Shown one piece after another: positions 27,467 to 39,339 of a DNA stretch of 64,000 nt (position 1 is its first letter; each line of letters begins with the position of its first letter). Source of the DNA: Akkermansia muciniphila (lineage in GTDB: Bacteria > Verrucomicrobiota > Verrucomicrobiia > Limisphaerales > UBA9464). Position numbers and translations under genes: made by a program. The notes below the pieces were generated by a model, which saw only the letters and a program-made list of their open reading frames with translations, searched no databases and was not told where the DNA came from. The stretch covers positions 66,597-130,596 of the forward strand of contig CAMDDW010000002.1 in the NCBI GenBank assembly GCA_945893185.1. Direction: 5' to 3'.

Positions 27467-28696
27467 ATGAGCAAACTCGATTCCGTTTACGCGAAACTTC
27501 AGGTCAAGACCGGGGCCAAAATGGCCCTCATCGTTCTCGACGGCCTAGGAGATCTGGCGACCCGTTCCCAGAATTGGATGACGCCCCTGGAGGCGGCCAA
27601 AACCCCGAACCTCGACGCACTGACCCAATCGGGGTGCGCCCAAGGACGGATGATTCCGGTGGCACCGGGCATTACCCCCGGATCGGGTCCCGGACATCTG
27701 GCCCTCTTCGGATACGACCCCATCGAGTGGGAGGTCGGCCGAGGTGTGATCGAGACGCTGGGTCTAGGCATCGAGCTCAAAAATGGTGACGTGGCGGCAC
27801 GCGCAAATTTCTGCACCCTCGATCCGAAGGGAATCGTCACGGACCGTCGAGCCGGTCGCATCGCGACCGAGGTTTGCGAGCGTCTGTGCGGAATCCTCTC
27901 AGCGAAGATCCAGAAGATCGGCGCGACCAAGGTCCACATTTATCCGGGCAAGGAGCATCGCTTTGTCGTGGTGTTCCGGGGTCAGGGTCTGGAAGGCCCG
28001 CTGACCGATACGGATCCCAACCGCGAGGGACTGGTTATCGCCGAGGCCAAGCCGGTGGATCCGCAAAATGCCGGCCAGAAGAAGGTCGCTAAACTCATCG
28101 CTGATTTTTACAAGCTGGCCTTGCCGCTCTTGGCAGGTGAGAAGATGGCCAACGGGTTCCTCATGCGCGGCGTCGCCCATCAGCCCGAAATTCCAACCTT
28201 CGAGCAGCGCTACGGACTGAAGGCCGCGGCCATCGCGGTTTATCCGATGTACAAGGGCCTGAGCCAGTTGGTGGGCATGGTGAAGATTGAAGGGCCAGAG
28301 ACCATCGCCCAGCAGTTCGAGCGCTACGTGAAGGAGTACGATCAGTACGACTTTTTCTTCATTCACTACAAGTATACGGACAAGGCCGGCGAAGACGGTG
28401 ATTTCGCGGCCAAGGTGAAGGCCATCGAGGACTTCGATGCCGCCTTACCCATCTTCTTGGCCAAGAAGCCCGATGTAATAGCGATCACGGGCGACCATTC
28501 CACACCGGTGGCGGTGAAGGGTCACTCGTGGCATCCGCAACCGGTGCTCATCCACTCCGAAATTAGTGGCAGCGACAAGCTGGCCCGTTTCACGGAGACA
28601 GGAGCTAATTCCGGATCCCTCGGAATCTTCGAGGCTAAGTATCTTATGCGCCTGATGCAGGCCAATGCCCGTCTGTTCGACAAGTACGGCGCCTGA
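27467..28696 (+). CDS. apgM: cofactor-independent phosphoglycerate mutase, archaeal-type (ApgM family)
   Basis: ALIVLDGLGD, TPNLDAL, PGSGPGHLALFGYDP, ITGDHSTP: alkaline-phosphatase superfamily ApgM pattern. Confidence 0.8.
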   Translation: MSKLDSVYAKLQVKTGAKMALIVLDGLGDLATRSQNWMTPLEAAKTPNLDALTQSGCAQGRMIPVAPGITPGSGPGHLALFGYDPIEWEVGRGVIETLGLGIELKNGDVAARANFCTLDPKGIVTDRRAGRIATEVCERLCGILSAKIQKIGATKVHIYPGKEHRFVVVFRGQGLEGPLTDTDPNREGLVIAEAKPVDPQNAGQKKVAKLIADFYKLALPLLAGEKMANGFLMRGVAHQPEIPTFEQRYGLKAAAIAVYPMYKGLSQLVGMVKIEGPETIAQQFERYVKEYDQYDFFFIHYKYTDKAGEDGDFAAKVKAIEDFDAALPIFLAKKPDVIAITGDHSTPVAVKGHSWHPQPVLIHSEISGSDKLARFTETGANSGSLGIFEAKYLMRLMQANARLFDKYGA

Positions 28697-28734
28697 GCGG
28701 CCGGTCCACAGGCTGCTGCGGGATACCAAGACAA

Positions 28735-28767
28735 GGGGCAGACCGATCTCGGGTTCTGTCCCTTTTT
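28735..28767 (+). terminator. probable rho-independent terminator
   Basis: GGGGCAGA-ccgatctcgggt-TCTGTCCC (8 bp including one G-T; the loop can pair further as CCGA/TCGG) followed by TTTTT, 39 nt after the apgM stop. Confidence 0.55.
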
Positions 28768-28879
28768 CGTTGAACAGAGATCTCAATCGGTTCGGGAGTA
28801 GTGACCCGGTCAAAGAACAACGAACGCAGTCTTGTGAGCGGGGCTTGATCGAGATGGATTCGGGACGCAGATTCTCCCC

Positions 28880-30331
28880 ATGCACCCGCAGTTGCCGACA
28901 CCCATCTTGGAATCCCTCAAGGCCTCCACGCGGCGGCGCTTCCTCCAGGACTGCGGGACCGGCATGGGCGCCTTGGCACTGAGCACCTTGCTCAACCCGT
29001 CACTGCGGGCCGGCACTCCCGAATCGGGCGCGGCGTTCAAGGCTCCGCACTTCGCCCCCAAGGCCAAGAACATCATTTACCTTTTCCAGTCGGGTGGCCC
29101 CTCGCACCTCGACCTCTTCGATCCCAAACCGGAGCTGACTAAGCGCAACGGCCAAAGGGTGCCGGAGGAGTTGGTGAAGAACATCCGCTTGGCTCAGATC
29201 GGCAAGGAGTCGAAGTTGCTGGCCTCTCCTTATCAGTTTGCCCGACACGGCAAATCCGGAGCCTGGATGAGTGAACTCCTGCCGCATCTGGGTTCTATTG
29301 CTGATGATGTCTGTTTCGTGAAGGGCTTCTACTCGGAGGCTTTTAATCATGATCCGGCGACTTTGTTTATGAACACCGGTGCCCAGTTGGCGGGTCGGCC
29401 GGGCATGGGTTCGTGGTTCAGCTATGGCCTGGGAAGCGAGAACAAAGACTTGCCGGCCTTCGTGGTGATGATGACGGGTGTCGGACAGCCTTTGACGAAT
29501 GCGGCCTGGGGCAGCGGCTTCCTTCCGACGGTGCATCAGGGTGTCACGTTGCGCTCGCAGGGTGATCCGGTGCTTTACGTCGGGAATCCGCCGGGCATGG
29601 ATCGCAAACGCCGTCGCCAAACATTGGATGTCCTTCGGGACCTTAACCAGACGCGGTTCGATGTTCTGCAGGATCCGGAGATCCAGACCCGTATCGCCTC
29701 CTATGAGCTTGCCTACCGCATGCAAACCAGTGTGCCCGAGGTCGTGGATATTACTGGCGAAACAGCGCGTGTCCATGAGGCCTACGGGACCACTCCCGGA
29801 CGGGCTTCGTTCGCCAACAACTGCCTATTGGCCCGTCGATTGGTCGAGCGCGGAGTCCGCTTTGTTCAACTCTACCACCGGGGCTGGGATCATCATGGCG
29901 GGCCGGACGGCAATCTCGTCTTCGATTTGAAGAAGCGTTGCGCCGAGACCGATCAGCCGTCTGTCGCCCTCATCAAAGATCTAAAGGAGCGCGGTCTTCT
30001 CGACGAAACCTTGGTCCTTTGGGGCGGGGAGTTTGGTCGGACTCCGATGATGCAAGGAGCCCTCAAGCCCGATCAGATCGGTCGGGATCATCACCCGCAT
30101 GGATACACCATTTGGATGGCTGGTGGCGGCATTAAGCCAGGCACAGTCTACGGCGGTACGGATGATTTCGGTTTTTATGCCACTGAAAACAAGGTTCATG
30201 TGCACGACTTGCATGCCACTCTTCTGCACCTCTTTGGCGTAGATCACCATAAGCTCACCTACCGATTTCAGGGGCGTGATTTCCGCCTCACTGACGTCCA
30301 TGGAGAAGTGATCCGGGGAATCTTGGCCTAG
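28880..30331 (+). CDS. DUF1501 domain protein (sulfatase-like fold) with Tat-type signal
   Basis: RRRFLQDCGTGMGALAL twin-arginine leader, and the conserved DUF1501 blocks NIIYLFQSGGPSHLDLFDPKP, WGSGFLP, LVLWGGEFGRTP, GRDHHP. Confidence 0.8.
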   Translation: MHPQLPTPILESLKASTRRRFLQDCGTGMGALALSTLLNPSLRAGTPESGAAFKAPHFAPKAKNIIYLFQSGGPSHLDLFDPKPELTKRNGQRVPEELVKNIRLAQIGKESKLLASPYQFARHGKSGAWMSELLPHLGSIADDVCFVKGFYSEAFNHDPATLFMNTGAQLAGRPGMGSWFSYGLGSENKDLPAFVVMMTGVGQPLTNAAWGSGFLPTVHQGVTLRSQGDPVLYVGNPPGMDRKRRRQTLDVLRDLNQTRFDVLQDPEIQTRIASYELAYRMQTSVPEVVDITGETARVHEAYGTTPGRASFANNCLLARRLVERGVRFVQLYHRGWDHHGGPDGNLVFDLKKRCAETDQPSVALIKDLKERGLLDETLVLWGGEFGRTPMMQGALKPDQIGRDHHPHGYTIWMAGGGIKPGTVYGGTDDFGFYATENKVHVHDLHATLLHLFGVDHHKLTYRFQGRDFRLTDVHGEVIRGILA

Positions 30332-30411
30332 TCGATGGGGAGCGAGGTTGAGAATAACTCATCGGCCCTGTGCGTTGACGCTGTCGAAAAAGTTTCCATA
30401 TTGGCAGACCG

Positions 30412-31173
30412 ATGACGTTCGACCTCACTGAGATGCTGCAGGACTGGGATTACAAGCCCGGTCAGGTGGTGGCGCGCCGCTTTCAGGGCAAGGACGGTGA
30501 GAAAATCCAACTCCGTGTAGATCTGGGAATCCTCCAGATGAATGTGTTGGGGCGTCCGGATGGCAAGAAGCCCATGGGGCGTGAGTCTTGGTTCCATTTC
30601 TACCGGAAGCGTTCTGAACAGGCCCCCACCGGCGCCGATGGCGAGAATCCAGATTTCACCCTGGGTTCGGAGGAATGCGGACGCCTCCAGCAGGAATCCA
30701 TTCAGTATCACCACCGATACATTTGTTTTTTCCAGCTCAAGGATTACGAGGCCGTAGAGCGCGACTGTGCCAGAAACCTCGAGGTTTTCAGCTTCGTGGA
30801 CCGCTTCGCCGAATCCGATGACCTCTCCTGGAGTGTGGTTCAATTCACTCCCCAGCTCACAATGATGCGCACGCGAGCCCGCGGCGAGGCCCGTCTCCAA
30901 GAGAGCGATCGGGACTCCGCAATGGTTGCCATTGAGGCAGGCATCACCGAGTTGGCTGAATTCTACCGAGATCACGAGCGCGAAGAACTCATCGAACAGA
31001 GCGGCGAGGTCTTGTCACTGCGGGGATGGCTCGACGAAATTCGTCGTAAGCCGCCGCAGAATGAGATCGAACGCCTCCGCTTCGCTCTTGCTGAGGCCAT
31101 CCGGATCGAGGACTACGAGACCGCCGCCGAAGTCCGCGATCAGCTTCGCAAACTCCAAGCTTCCGAATCATGA
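30412..31173 (+). CDS. UvrB/UvrC-motif (UVR domain) containing protein
   Basis: C-terminal LAEAIRIEDYETAAEVRDQLRKLQ is a UVR motif. The rest is unassigned. Confidence 0.5.
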   Translation: MTFDLTEMLQDWDYKPGQVVARRFQGKDGEKIQLRVDLGILQMNVLGRPDGKKPMGRESWFHFYRKRSEQAPTGADGENPDFTLGSEECGRLQQESIQYHHRYICFFQLKDYEAVERDCARNLEVFSFVDRFAESDDLSWSVVQFTPQLTMMRTRARGEARLQESDRDSAMVAIEAGITELAEFYRDHEREELIEQSGEVLSLRGWLDEIRRKPPQNEIERLRFALAEAIRIEDYETAAEVRDQLRKLQASES

Positions 31174-31616
31174 GCCTCCAACAACGCGTCAACGACGAAC
31201 TAAAATCCTCCATGCTGGCCCGCCAAGCTCTCCGAACCGGGACGCTTCGAATGCTCAAGGCGGCTCTGGGTTACGCCCAGATCGAAAAGAAAACCGAGAC
31301 ACTCTCGGATGCCGATGTGATGACGTTGATCCAACGGGAGGCCAAGAAGCGCCGGGATTCTATCGAAGAATTTGAGAAGGCCGGACGGACGGAAATGGCT
31401 GCCAACGAGAAGGCCGAATTGGAAGTGCTCAGCGAGTACTTGCCCAAGGCGTTGTCTGCCGAAGAATTGGAAAGCCTGATCCGAGAGGTCATCACCGAGG
31501 TGGGAGCCATCTCGAAGAAAGACATGGGAGCGGTCATGAAGGCTGCCCAGTCCAAGGTGGATGGCCGAGCCGACGGCAAGTCCGTCAGTGCCCTTGTATC
31601 CAGGCTTCTGCCCTAA
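31170..31616 (+). CDS. GatB/YqeY domain protein
   Basis: MSLQQRVNDELKSSMLARQALRTGTLRMLKAAL ... DADVMTLIQREAKKRRDSIEEFEKAGR ... EKAELEVLSEYLP. ATGA overlap with the preceding gene. Confidence 0.8.
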   Translation: MSLQQRVNDELKSSMLARQALRTGTLRMLKAALGYAQIEKKTETLSDADVMTLIQREAKKRRDSIEEFEKAGRTEMAANEKAELEVLSEYLPKALSAEELESLIREVITEVGAISKKDMGAVMKAAQSKVDGRADGKSVSALVSRLLP

Positions 31617-31635
31617 GGTCAGAGAGCCTCGCTGG

Positions 31636-32301
31636 ATGTCCTCATCACCTCAGTCCCCCCGAAACGCCACCGCGGCGGACTTCATCCGTGCCTTGAGTGC
31701 TTCGGCCCAGGTCGCACGCTCCGGTGGGCAAACCATCGGTGAGTTCCTCGATCAACTGGGCGAGGGCAACGCTTGGTTGATGGCTCTCATCCTCACCCTG
31801 CCATTCATTCAACCCCTGCCCACCGGGCCCATCGCCACCTTCGGGGGCCTGGCCTTTGCGGGAATAGGTTGGAGGTTAATCCGCGGTGATGAGTCGGTCT
31901 GGCTGCCGATGCGTATCCGGTCGACCCGGCCTCGGGCAATGACTTGGAACGCGTTTTCGGGCTTCGGGTGCGGATTGTTGGGGATTGTCGGTCGCGTGAG
32001 CCGCACCGAACGCATGGTTTGGCTGGTGGATGCGGTCGGTCGCAGGGGCGCTGGCTGGCTCATCCTGGTGGGCGGCCTCTTGGTGGCTCTCCCATTTCTG
32101 GTGGTTCCGCTTCAGAACTCGCTCCCGGCACTGGTCATCTTTTTCGCGTGTGTCGGACGGCTTCAGCGAGATGGCGTCATGTACCTGCTGGCTCTCCTGA
32201 GTCTGGTGGTCACTCTCATCTATTTTACGGTGATAACTTGGGTGATCTTCTTTGCAGCCGAGCAGTCTTGGATGTGGCTTCGGGCTTTCCTCAGGGGATA
32301 G
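31636..32301 (+). CDS. exopolysaccharide synthesis ExoD family membrane protein
   Basis: TIGEFLDQLGEGNAWLMALILTLPFIQPLPTGPIATFGGLAFAGIGWRL plus further TM segments, the ExoD pattern. Internal ATG at 31636 chosen. Confidence 0.6.
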   Translation: MSSSPQSPRNATAADFIRALSASAQVARSGGQTIGEFLDQLGEGNAWLMALILTLPFIQPLPTGPIATFGGLAFAGIGWRLIRGDESVWLPMRIRSTRPRAMTWNAFSGFGCGLLGIVGRVSRTERMVWLVDAVGRRGAGWLILVGGLLVALPFLVVPLQNSLPALVIFFACVGRLQRDGVMYLLALLSLVVTLIYFTVITWVIFFAAEQSWMWLRAFLRG

Positions 32302-32521
32302 AAACCCATCGGAACGATCGGTCCCCGCAAATGGACCCAGAAGCCAAAATGAAGATTAAAACCAACAAAGGGTTTCAAATGGAGGGATGAGTCGGTGGAA
32401 AGATCTGCAAAAACCGCTTGTGAAACTTTTCACTATCTCGCTAGGCTGACCAAACAGTAGTTGAGAACCTTCGCCGTCTGCGTGCCCGTGGAGCAGATCC
32501 GGTGGTTATCTATTTATTACG

Positions 32522-33433
32522 ATGGCCTGGCCTAAAGCTTTAGTTTTTCTCTTTGGCGGACTCTTCCTTCAGTTGGCAACCGTTGCTGCAGAGCATGGAA
32601 ACCCTGCCGAGGTCGCGGCCACCCATGGCTTGCCTTCGGCGGCTCCGGTCATTTTCCATATCGGACCGTTGCCAGTGACCAACTCCATGGTCCTGACTTG
32701 GATTGTGTCTCTGTTGCTGGTTTTGGCTGTGCGCTTTGGGGTACGGACCATGAAGGACGTCCCCGATGGTGCGCAGAACTTCTGGGAGTGGCTCGTCGAA
32801 AGCCTTTATGACTTCCTTGGAGGCATCATTGGAGCCGAACTGGTCCATAAGACTTTCTGGTTTTTCGCCTCGTTGTTCATTTTCATTTTGGCCACCAACT
32901 GGTTTGGGTTACTGCCGGGAGTTGGCAGCATCGGATATGGTCATCCTACGGAACACGGTTTCGATGTGACGGAACCCCTGCTACGCGGTGCTAACGCAGA
33001 TTTCAACATGACCTTCGCCATGGCGATGGTGTTCTTTATCCTTTGGACCGTCTGGGCGCTGCAGGCCAATGGGCCTGTGGGCTTCCTCAAGCATCTTTTT
33101 GGAGCCAAAGGTGGCTTGGGCGGCTTCATGGGATTCATCCTCATGGTGGTCTTCTTCGCAGTGGGTCTTCTCGAGGTGGTCTCAATCTTGTTCCGCCCCG
33201 TATCCTTGAGTTTTCGTCTCTTCGGAAATGTCTTTGCCGGCGAAAACATGTTGGAGGCCATGACTCATCTGGGCGGTGCAAAACTGGGTTGGCTGACAGC
33301 CTTGCCCTTCTACTTTATGGAGATTTTGGTGGGAGTGGTTCAGGCTCTGGTTTTCATGTTGCTGACCGCGGTCTTCACCCTCCTCATCTGTTCGCACGAT
33401 GAGGAACATGCCGAGGACGGTTCTCATCACTAA
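32522..33433 (+). CDS. atpB: F0F1 ATP synthase subunit a
   Basis: LSFRLFGNVFAGE motif (essential Arg), multi-TM. Carries an N-terminal signal-like extension. Confidence 0.9.
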   Translation: MAWPKALVFLFGGLFLQLATVAAEHGNPAEVAATHGLPSAAPVIFHIGPLPVTNSMVLTWIVSLLLVLAVRFGVRTMKDVPDGAQNFWEWLVESLYDFLGGIIGAELVHKTFWFFASLFIFILATNWFGLLPGVGSIGYGHPTEHGFDVTEPLLRGANADFNMTFAMAMVFFILWTVWALQANGPVGFLKHLFGAKGGLGGFMGFILMVVFFAVGLLEVVSILFRPVSLSFRLFGNVFAGENMLEAMTHLGGAKLGWLTALPFYFMEILVGVVQALVFMLLTAVFTLLICSHDEEHAEDGSHH

Positions 33434-33469
33434 CAATTTCGGCCCTCAGACGGTGGCAAGACTGCCGGG

Positions 33470-33724
33470 ATGGCTGGCAACAACACGACAAAGACAAACA
33501 AGACAAACAACACCATGATGATCGCAGAAATGTCCGGCAACATTCACGTCGCCGCAGCCGCCTTGGGCGCCGCCATCGGCGTCGGAATGATTGGTAAAAG
33601 CGCCGCTGAAGCGGTGGGTCGCAACCCCGGTGCCGCGACCAAGATCCTAGTCCAAGCGATCTTGAGCACGGCCTTCGCCGAAGGTATCGTGTTCTTCGCC
33701 TTGTTCCTCTGGAACGGGAAGTGA
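33470..33724 (+). CDS. atpE: F0F1 ATP synthase subunit c
   Basis: Hairpin protein with GRNPGA loop and carboxylate in AFAEGIVFFAL. Start may instead be the MMIAEM codons at 33515. Confidence 0.9.
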   Translation: MAGNNTTKTNKTNNTMMIAEMSGNIHVAAAALGAAIGVGMIGKSAAEAVGRNPGAATKILVQAILSTAFAEGIVFFALFLWNGK

Positions 33725-33799
33725 TCTTGTCGGCGCGGATCCCCATGGTTCCGCGCCTCCCCTTTTACTAGAAGTTCAGATCCCATAGTTCCTACAGAA

Positions 33800-34342
33800 A
33801 TGAGCCATCTTCTAATTCTTGCTGCATCCGATGCGGGTCCGGTCGCCGAAATTGCCAAGACCTTCGGGGCCAACGTTCCGGCGCTCATAGCCAATTCGAT
33901 CAGCTTTTTGTTGGTTGCGCTCATTCTGAAGAAATGGGCGATCGGCCCCATCCAAAAGACTTTGGAAGACCGCCGCGCGACCATCGCCCAAGGTCTTGCC
34001 GATGCCAGCCGCGCACGGGAGGATCTCGCCGTTGCCCACCGCAAGTCCCAAGAGTTGTTGGTAGAAACGGGCGCCCAGACCGGTCGGATCATTGAAGAAT
34101 CCAGAGCTGCAGCGGCACGGGTTACGGAGATCGAAACCCAAAAAGCCATTGCCGCCGCCGCCGACATCATAGCCAAAGCTCGTCATTCTAATGACGCCGA
34201 ACTGGCCCGCCTGAAGGCGGAACTCCGTCAGGAATTTGGAAGGTTGGTCGTCGAGGCCAGCATCAAGGTCACCGGAAAGATTCTGACGCTGGACGACCAA
34301 AAGCGCTTAGCTGAGGAAACCCAACGGCAAATCGCCGCCTAG
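33800..34342 (+). CDS. atpF: F0F1 ATP synthase subunit b
   Basis: N-terminal TM followed by a long charged helix; position in the operon. Confidence 0.8.
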   Translation: MSHLLILAASDAGPVAEIAKTFGANVPALIANSISFLLVALILKKWAIGPIQKTLEDRRATIAQGLADASRAREDLAVAHRKSQELLVETGAQTGRIIEESRAAAARVTEIETQKAIAAAADIIAKARHSNDAELARLKAELRQEFGRLVVEASIKVTGKILTLDDQKRLAEETQRQIAA

Positions 34343-34373
34343 GCCAACCCAATTCACAACCTAAATTTCTCGG

Positions 34374-34766
34374 ATGAAGATTGGAAAACAGGCGCGGCGT
34401 GACGGCAAGGATCTCTACCGGATTTGCCTGCTCGATGGTGTGCTGAACGAGAGCCGCGTCCGCCAGGTGATGACGCAGGTCTTGGCCAGCAAGCCCCGCA
34501 ATTATCTGGCCGCTCTGACCCACTTTCAACGGTTAGTAGAGCTCGACATCCAGAGTCGCACGGTCCGCATTGACAACGCTGTGCCCACCTCTGAATCCCA
34601 GATGGACTCCATTAAAGCCAGCCTGACCCAGAAGTATGGGGCCGGTCTAGATTTCCAGTTCTTCGTGGACCCCACTCTGATCGGTGGGCTCCGGATACAG
34701 ATTGGTAGCGATGTGTTTGATGGCACCGTGAAAACACGGTTGGCCGCTCTCGAGAACAGTTTTTAA
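34374..34766 (+). CDS. atpH: F0F1 ATP synthase subunit delta (OSCP), unusually short (130 aa)
   Basis: C-terminal OSCP pattern FFVDPTLIGGLRIQIGSDVFDGTVKTRLAALE; position between atpF and atpA. Confidence 0.75.
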   Translation: MKIGKQARRDGKDLYRICLLDGVLNESRVRQVMTQVLASKPRNYLAALTHFQRLVELDIQSRTVRIDNAVPTSESQMDSIKASLTQKYGAGLDFQFFVDPTLIGGLRIQIGSDVFDGTVKTRLAALENSF

Positions 34767-34811
34767 CGATCATTTTCAACTTTCCCACAGTCGAATAATC
34801 CCACAGACGAC

Positions 34812-36338
34812 ATGAGTTCCCTGCTCCAAGAAATTGAGGCCCAGATCAACGGTGCGAAGGCTTCGGTGACACGCCAAAACATCGGACAAATCCGCGAGAT
34901 CTCCGATGGTGTTTGCAAGATCGAAGGCCTTTCGGACTGCATGGCCAATGAGATGCTCGACTTCGGTGGAGGCATTATCGGCCTTGCCCTGAACCTCGAG
35001 GAAACCGAGGTAGGCGCAATCATCATGGGTGACTACACCAGTCTCCACGAGGGCAGCGAGGTGAAGACCACCGGCAAACTGCTATCGGTTCCTGTCGGAA
35101 AAGGACTATTGGGTCGAGTCGTGGACGTCCTCGGGCGACCGCTCGATGGCAAGGGTCCTATTGAGGCCACCGCGTTCTATCCGGTCGAGAAGATCGCCCC
35201 GGGTATCATCAAGCGGAAGTCCGTGAGCCAACCTCTCCAGACTGGAATCATGGCTGTCGACGCGATGATTCCCATTGGTCGTGGTCAACGCGAGTTGATC
35301 ATTGGTGACCGTTCCACCGGCAAGACCACGATCGGCGTGGACACGATGATCAATCAGGCCCGCATCAATCAGCAGAATGTTGGGGTTAAGGACTTCCGTC
35401 CGGTCTACAACATCTACGTCGCGATTGGCCAGAAGCAGTCCAACATCGCCCGCGTCATCGCTGAGCTCGAGAAGGCCGGCGCGATGGAGTACACGATCGT
35501 CGTGGCTGCCGCCGCCTCCGACTCGGCTGCCGACCAATATTTGGCGCCCTTCTCTGGAGCTTCTATCGGCGAGTGGTTCATGGACAACGGCATGGATGCG
35601 CTCATCATTTATGATGATCTTTCCAAGCAGGCCACGGCTTACCGTCAGGTTTCCTTGGTGTTGAAGCGCCCGTCCGGCCGCGAAGCCTATCCGGGCGACG
35701 TGTTCTACCTGCATAGCCGCCTCTTGGAGCGATCGGCCCGCGTGAACGAGAAGAGCGGCAACGGTTCGCTGACGGCCTTGCCCATTATTGAAACTCAAGC
35801 GGGCGACGTTTCGGCCTACATCCCGACCAACGTCATCTCCATCACCGATGGTCAGATTTATCTCGAGACTGACTTGTTCTATCAGGGTGTCCGCCCGGCC
35901 ATCTCGGTCGGTCTGTCGGTGAGCCGCGTTGGATCGGCCGCGCAGATCAAGGCGATGAAGCAAGTGGCCGGCAAGATCAAGCTCGACCTAGCCCAGTACC
36001 GTGAACTGGCCGCCTTCGCCCAGTTCGGATCGGACCTCGATGCCAAGACCCAGGCCACCTTGGAGCGCGGCAAGCGCATCGTAGAGCTCTTCAAGCAGAG
36101 CCAATACAAGCCGATCCCGGTCGAGTTCCAAGCGATCATCCTCTGGACCATGCAGAATGGTCTGCTGGACGACGTGGACGTCGAGAAGGTTAAGGACTTC
36201 CAAAACAAGATCACCGACTTCCTCAACACCCGGAAGCCGGCCCTCCTCGAGAAGGTTCGCACCGAGAAGGCTATCAATGACGCATTGGCCGCCGAATTGA
36301 AGGCTGCCGTCACCGAGTTCAAGCAGAGCTACCGCTAA
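34812..36338 (+). CDS. atpA: F0F1 ATP synthase subunit alpha
   Basis: GDRSTGKT Walker A, and the [38 protein letters not shown] block. Confidence 0.97.
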   Translation: MSSLLQEIEAQINGAKASVTRQNIGQIREISDGVCKIEGLSDCMANEMLDFGGGIIGLALNLEETEVGAIIMGDYTSLHEGSEVKTTGKLLSVPVGKGLLGRVVDVLGRPLDGKGPIEATAFYPVEKIAPGIIKRKSVSQPLQTGIMAVDAMIPIGRGQRELIIGDRSTGKTTIGVDTMINQARINQQNVGVKDFRPVYNIYVAIGQKQSNIARVIAELEKAGAMEYTIVVAAAASDSAADQYLAPFSGASIGEWFMDNGMDALIIYDDLSKQATAYRQVSLVLKRPSGREAYPGDVFYLHSRLLERSARVNEKSGNGSLTALPIIETQAGDVSAYIPTNVISITDGQIYLETDLFYQGVRPAISVGLSVSRVGSAAQIKAMKQVAGKIKLDLAQYRELAAFAQFGSDLDAKTQATLERGKRIVELFKQSQYKPIPVEFQAIILWTMQNGLLDDVDVEKVKDFQNKITDFLNTRKPALLEKVRTEKAINDALAAELKAAVTEFKQSYR

Positions 36339-36371
36339 GCCGCAGCCCGACCGGAGCCCCTCCCACTCATC

Positions 36372-37256
36372 ATGCCCAGCACACGCGACATCCGGCGCCG
36401 CATCAAGTCGGTCAAGAATACGGCGCAGATTACTAAGGCGATGCAAATGGTCGCCTCGGCCAAGATGCGCAAGGCGCAGCAGGCTGCCCTTGCGGGCCGG
36501 CCGTATGCATCCTTGATGAACGAGGTGCTGGCGGCGGCTACTGCAGGGGCCGGAGAGTTCCAGCATCCTCTCACCGAAAAACGTGAGATCAAGAACCGGG
36601 CGCTAATCATCATCAGCACCGACAAGGGTCTTTGCGGTGCCTTGAATACCAACGTGTTGCGCGAGGCAGCCAAAGCGCATCTGCCCAGCACGGTTTATGT
36701 GGTGGCCGGCCGCAAGGCAGCCCAGTGGGTGGCACGACTCAAGCGCAAACTGGTCGCCGAATTTTCTTACAAAGACATCCCCGACTTCGCAGAGGCCCGG
36801 GCTATTTCTAAATTCGCCCAAGAGCTTTTTCTCAGCGGCCAGGTGGATGCAGTGGATGTAGTTTTCACCAACTATATCAACACGTTGACCCAAAAGTGTG
36901 AAGTTCGCACTCTGTTGCCTCTGGGCCGTCTCCAGAAACTGGATGCTGAAATCCGAGGCAGCGGCAACTCTGAGGAACTTCAGTCTGCTACCAGCCAAGA
37001 GTACAGCTTTGAACCGCCTGCACCGCAGTTGCTGAGCAACTTACTCCCGCACTACCTGAACTATCAGGTGTATCAAATGCTTCTGGAGGCTAAGGCTTCT
37101 GAGCACTCGGCGCGCATGGTTGCCATGAAGAGCGCCACCGACAACGCCAAGCAACTCATCAAGGACCTGACGCTCGAGTACAACAAGCTCCGTCAGGCGA
37201 ACATCACCAAGGAACTTCTCGAAATTACCAGCGCCGCCATGGCGATGGGCAACTGA
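36372..37256 (+). CDS. atpG: F0F1 ATP synthase subunit gamma
   Basis: MPSTRDIRRRIKSVKNTAQITKAMQMVASAKMRKAQ ... ITKELLEITSAA. Confidence 0.95.
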   Translation: MPSTRDIRRRIKSVKNTAQITKAMQMVASAKMRKAQQAALAGRPYASLMNEVLAAATAGAGEFQHPLTEKREIKNRALIIISTDKGLCGALNTNVLREAAKAHLPSTVYVVAGRKAAQWVARLKRKLVAEFSYKDIPDFAEARAISKFAQELFLSGQVDAVDVVFTNYINTLTQKCEVRTLLPLGRLQKLDAEIRGSGNSEELQSATSQEYSFEPPAPQLLSNLLPHYLNYQVYQMLLEAKASEHSARMVAMKSATDNAKQLIKDLTLEYNKLRQANITKELLEITSAAMAMGN

Positions 37257-38720
<1,464 letters not shown>

Positions 38721-38755
38721 CCGCTTGTCCGTCCCACGCTCAGAACCCCAACGAC

Positions 38756-39163
38756 ATGGCCACTCTCAAACTGGAAATCGCCACGCCCGAGGCCCGGATC
38801 TATTCCGAGGAGGTCGACATGGTTACCTTGCCTGGGCTCGAAGGCGAGATGGGTATCTTCCCGATGCACATCCCGCTGATGACTCAGATCACCCATGGTG
38901 AGATCATCGTCCGTAAGGGCGGCCAAGATCACTTCCTCGCCGTCGGAGAAGGTTTTGTGGAGATCACCGGTCAACGGGTGGCCATCTTGACCGATATGGC
39001 TATCCGCGTTGCAGACATCGACGAAGTTCGCGCCGAAGAAGCCCGGAAAAAGGCCGAGGCGCGGATCGCTCAGAGATTGGGAGATGAGGAAACAGCCATG
39101 GCCCAAGCGGCTCTGATGCACTCGTTGACCCAGCTGAACTTGAAGCGGCGTCAGCATCGATGA
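38756..39163 (+). CDS. atpC: F0F1 ATP synthase subunit epsilon
   Basis: LKLEIATPEARIYSEEVDMVTLPGLEGEMGIFPMHIPLMT plus a C-terminal helical hairpin. Confidence 0.9.
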   Translation: MATLKLEIATPEARIYSEEVDMVTLPGLEGEMGIFPMHIPLMTQITHGEIIVRKGGQDHFLAVGEGFVEITGQRVAILTDMAIRVADIDEVRAEEARKKAEARIAQRLGDEETAMAQAALMHSLTQLNLKRRQHR

Positions 39164-39208
39164 ACTCATCCACCGGATCGGATTCAGTAAAACCGTTGCC
39201 GCTTAAAA

Positions 39209-39230
39209 GGCCGCCACTTATCGGGCGGTC
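39209..39230 (+). terminator. weak hairpin after the atp operon (possible terminator)
   Basis: GGCCGCC-acttatcg-GGCGGTC (7 bp including one G-T) 46 nt after the atpC stop. The following T-run is poor (GTTGTG). Confidence 0.3.
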
Positions 39231-39339
39231 GTTGTGATGCCAGCACCTCTGCCGAGCGAACACCTCTCCTCAACTGGGTTGGATCGCTGCTTGGAGAGGC
39301 GAGCCTCCTGCAACTAAATCCTTCGAGCCAGTCAACCGC

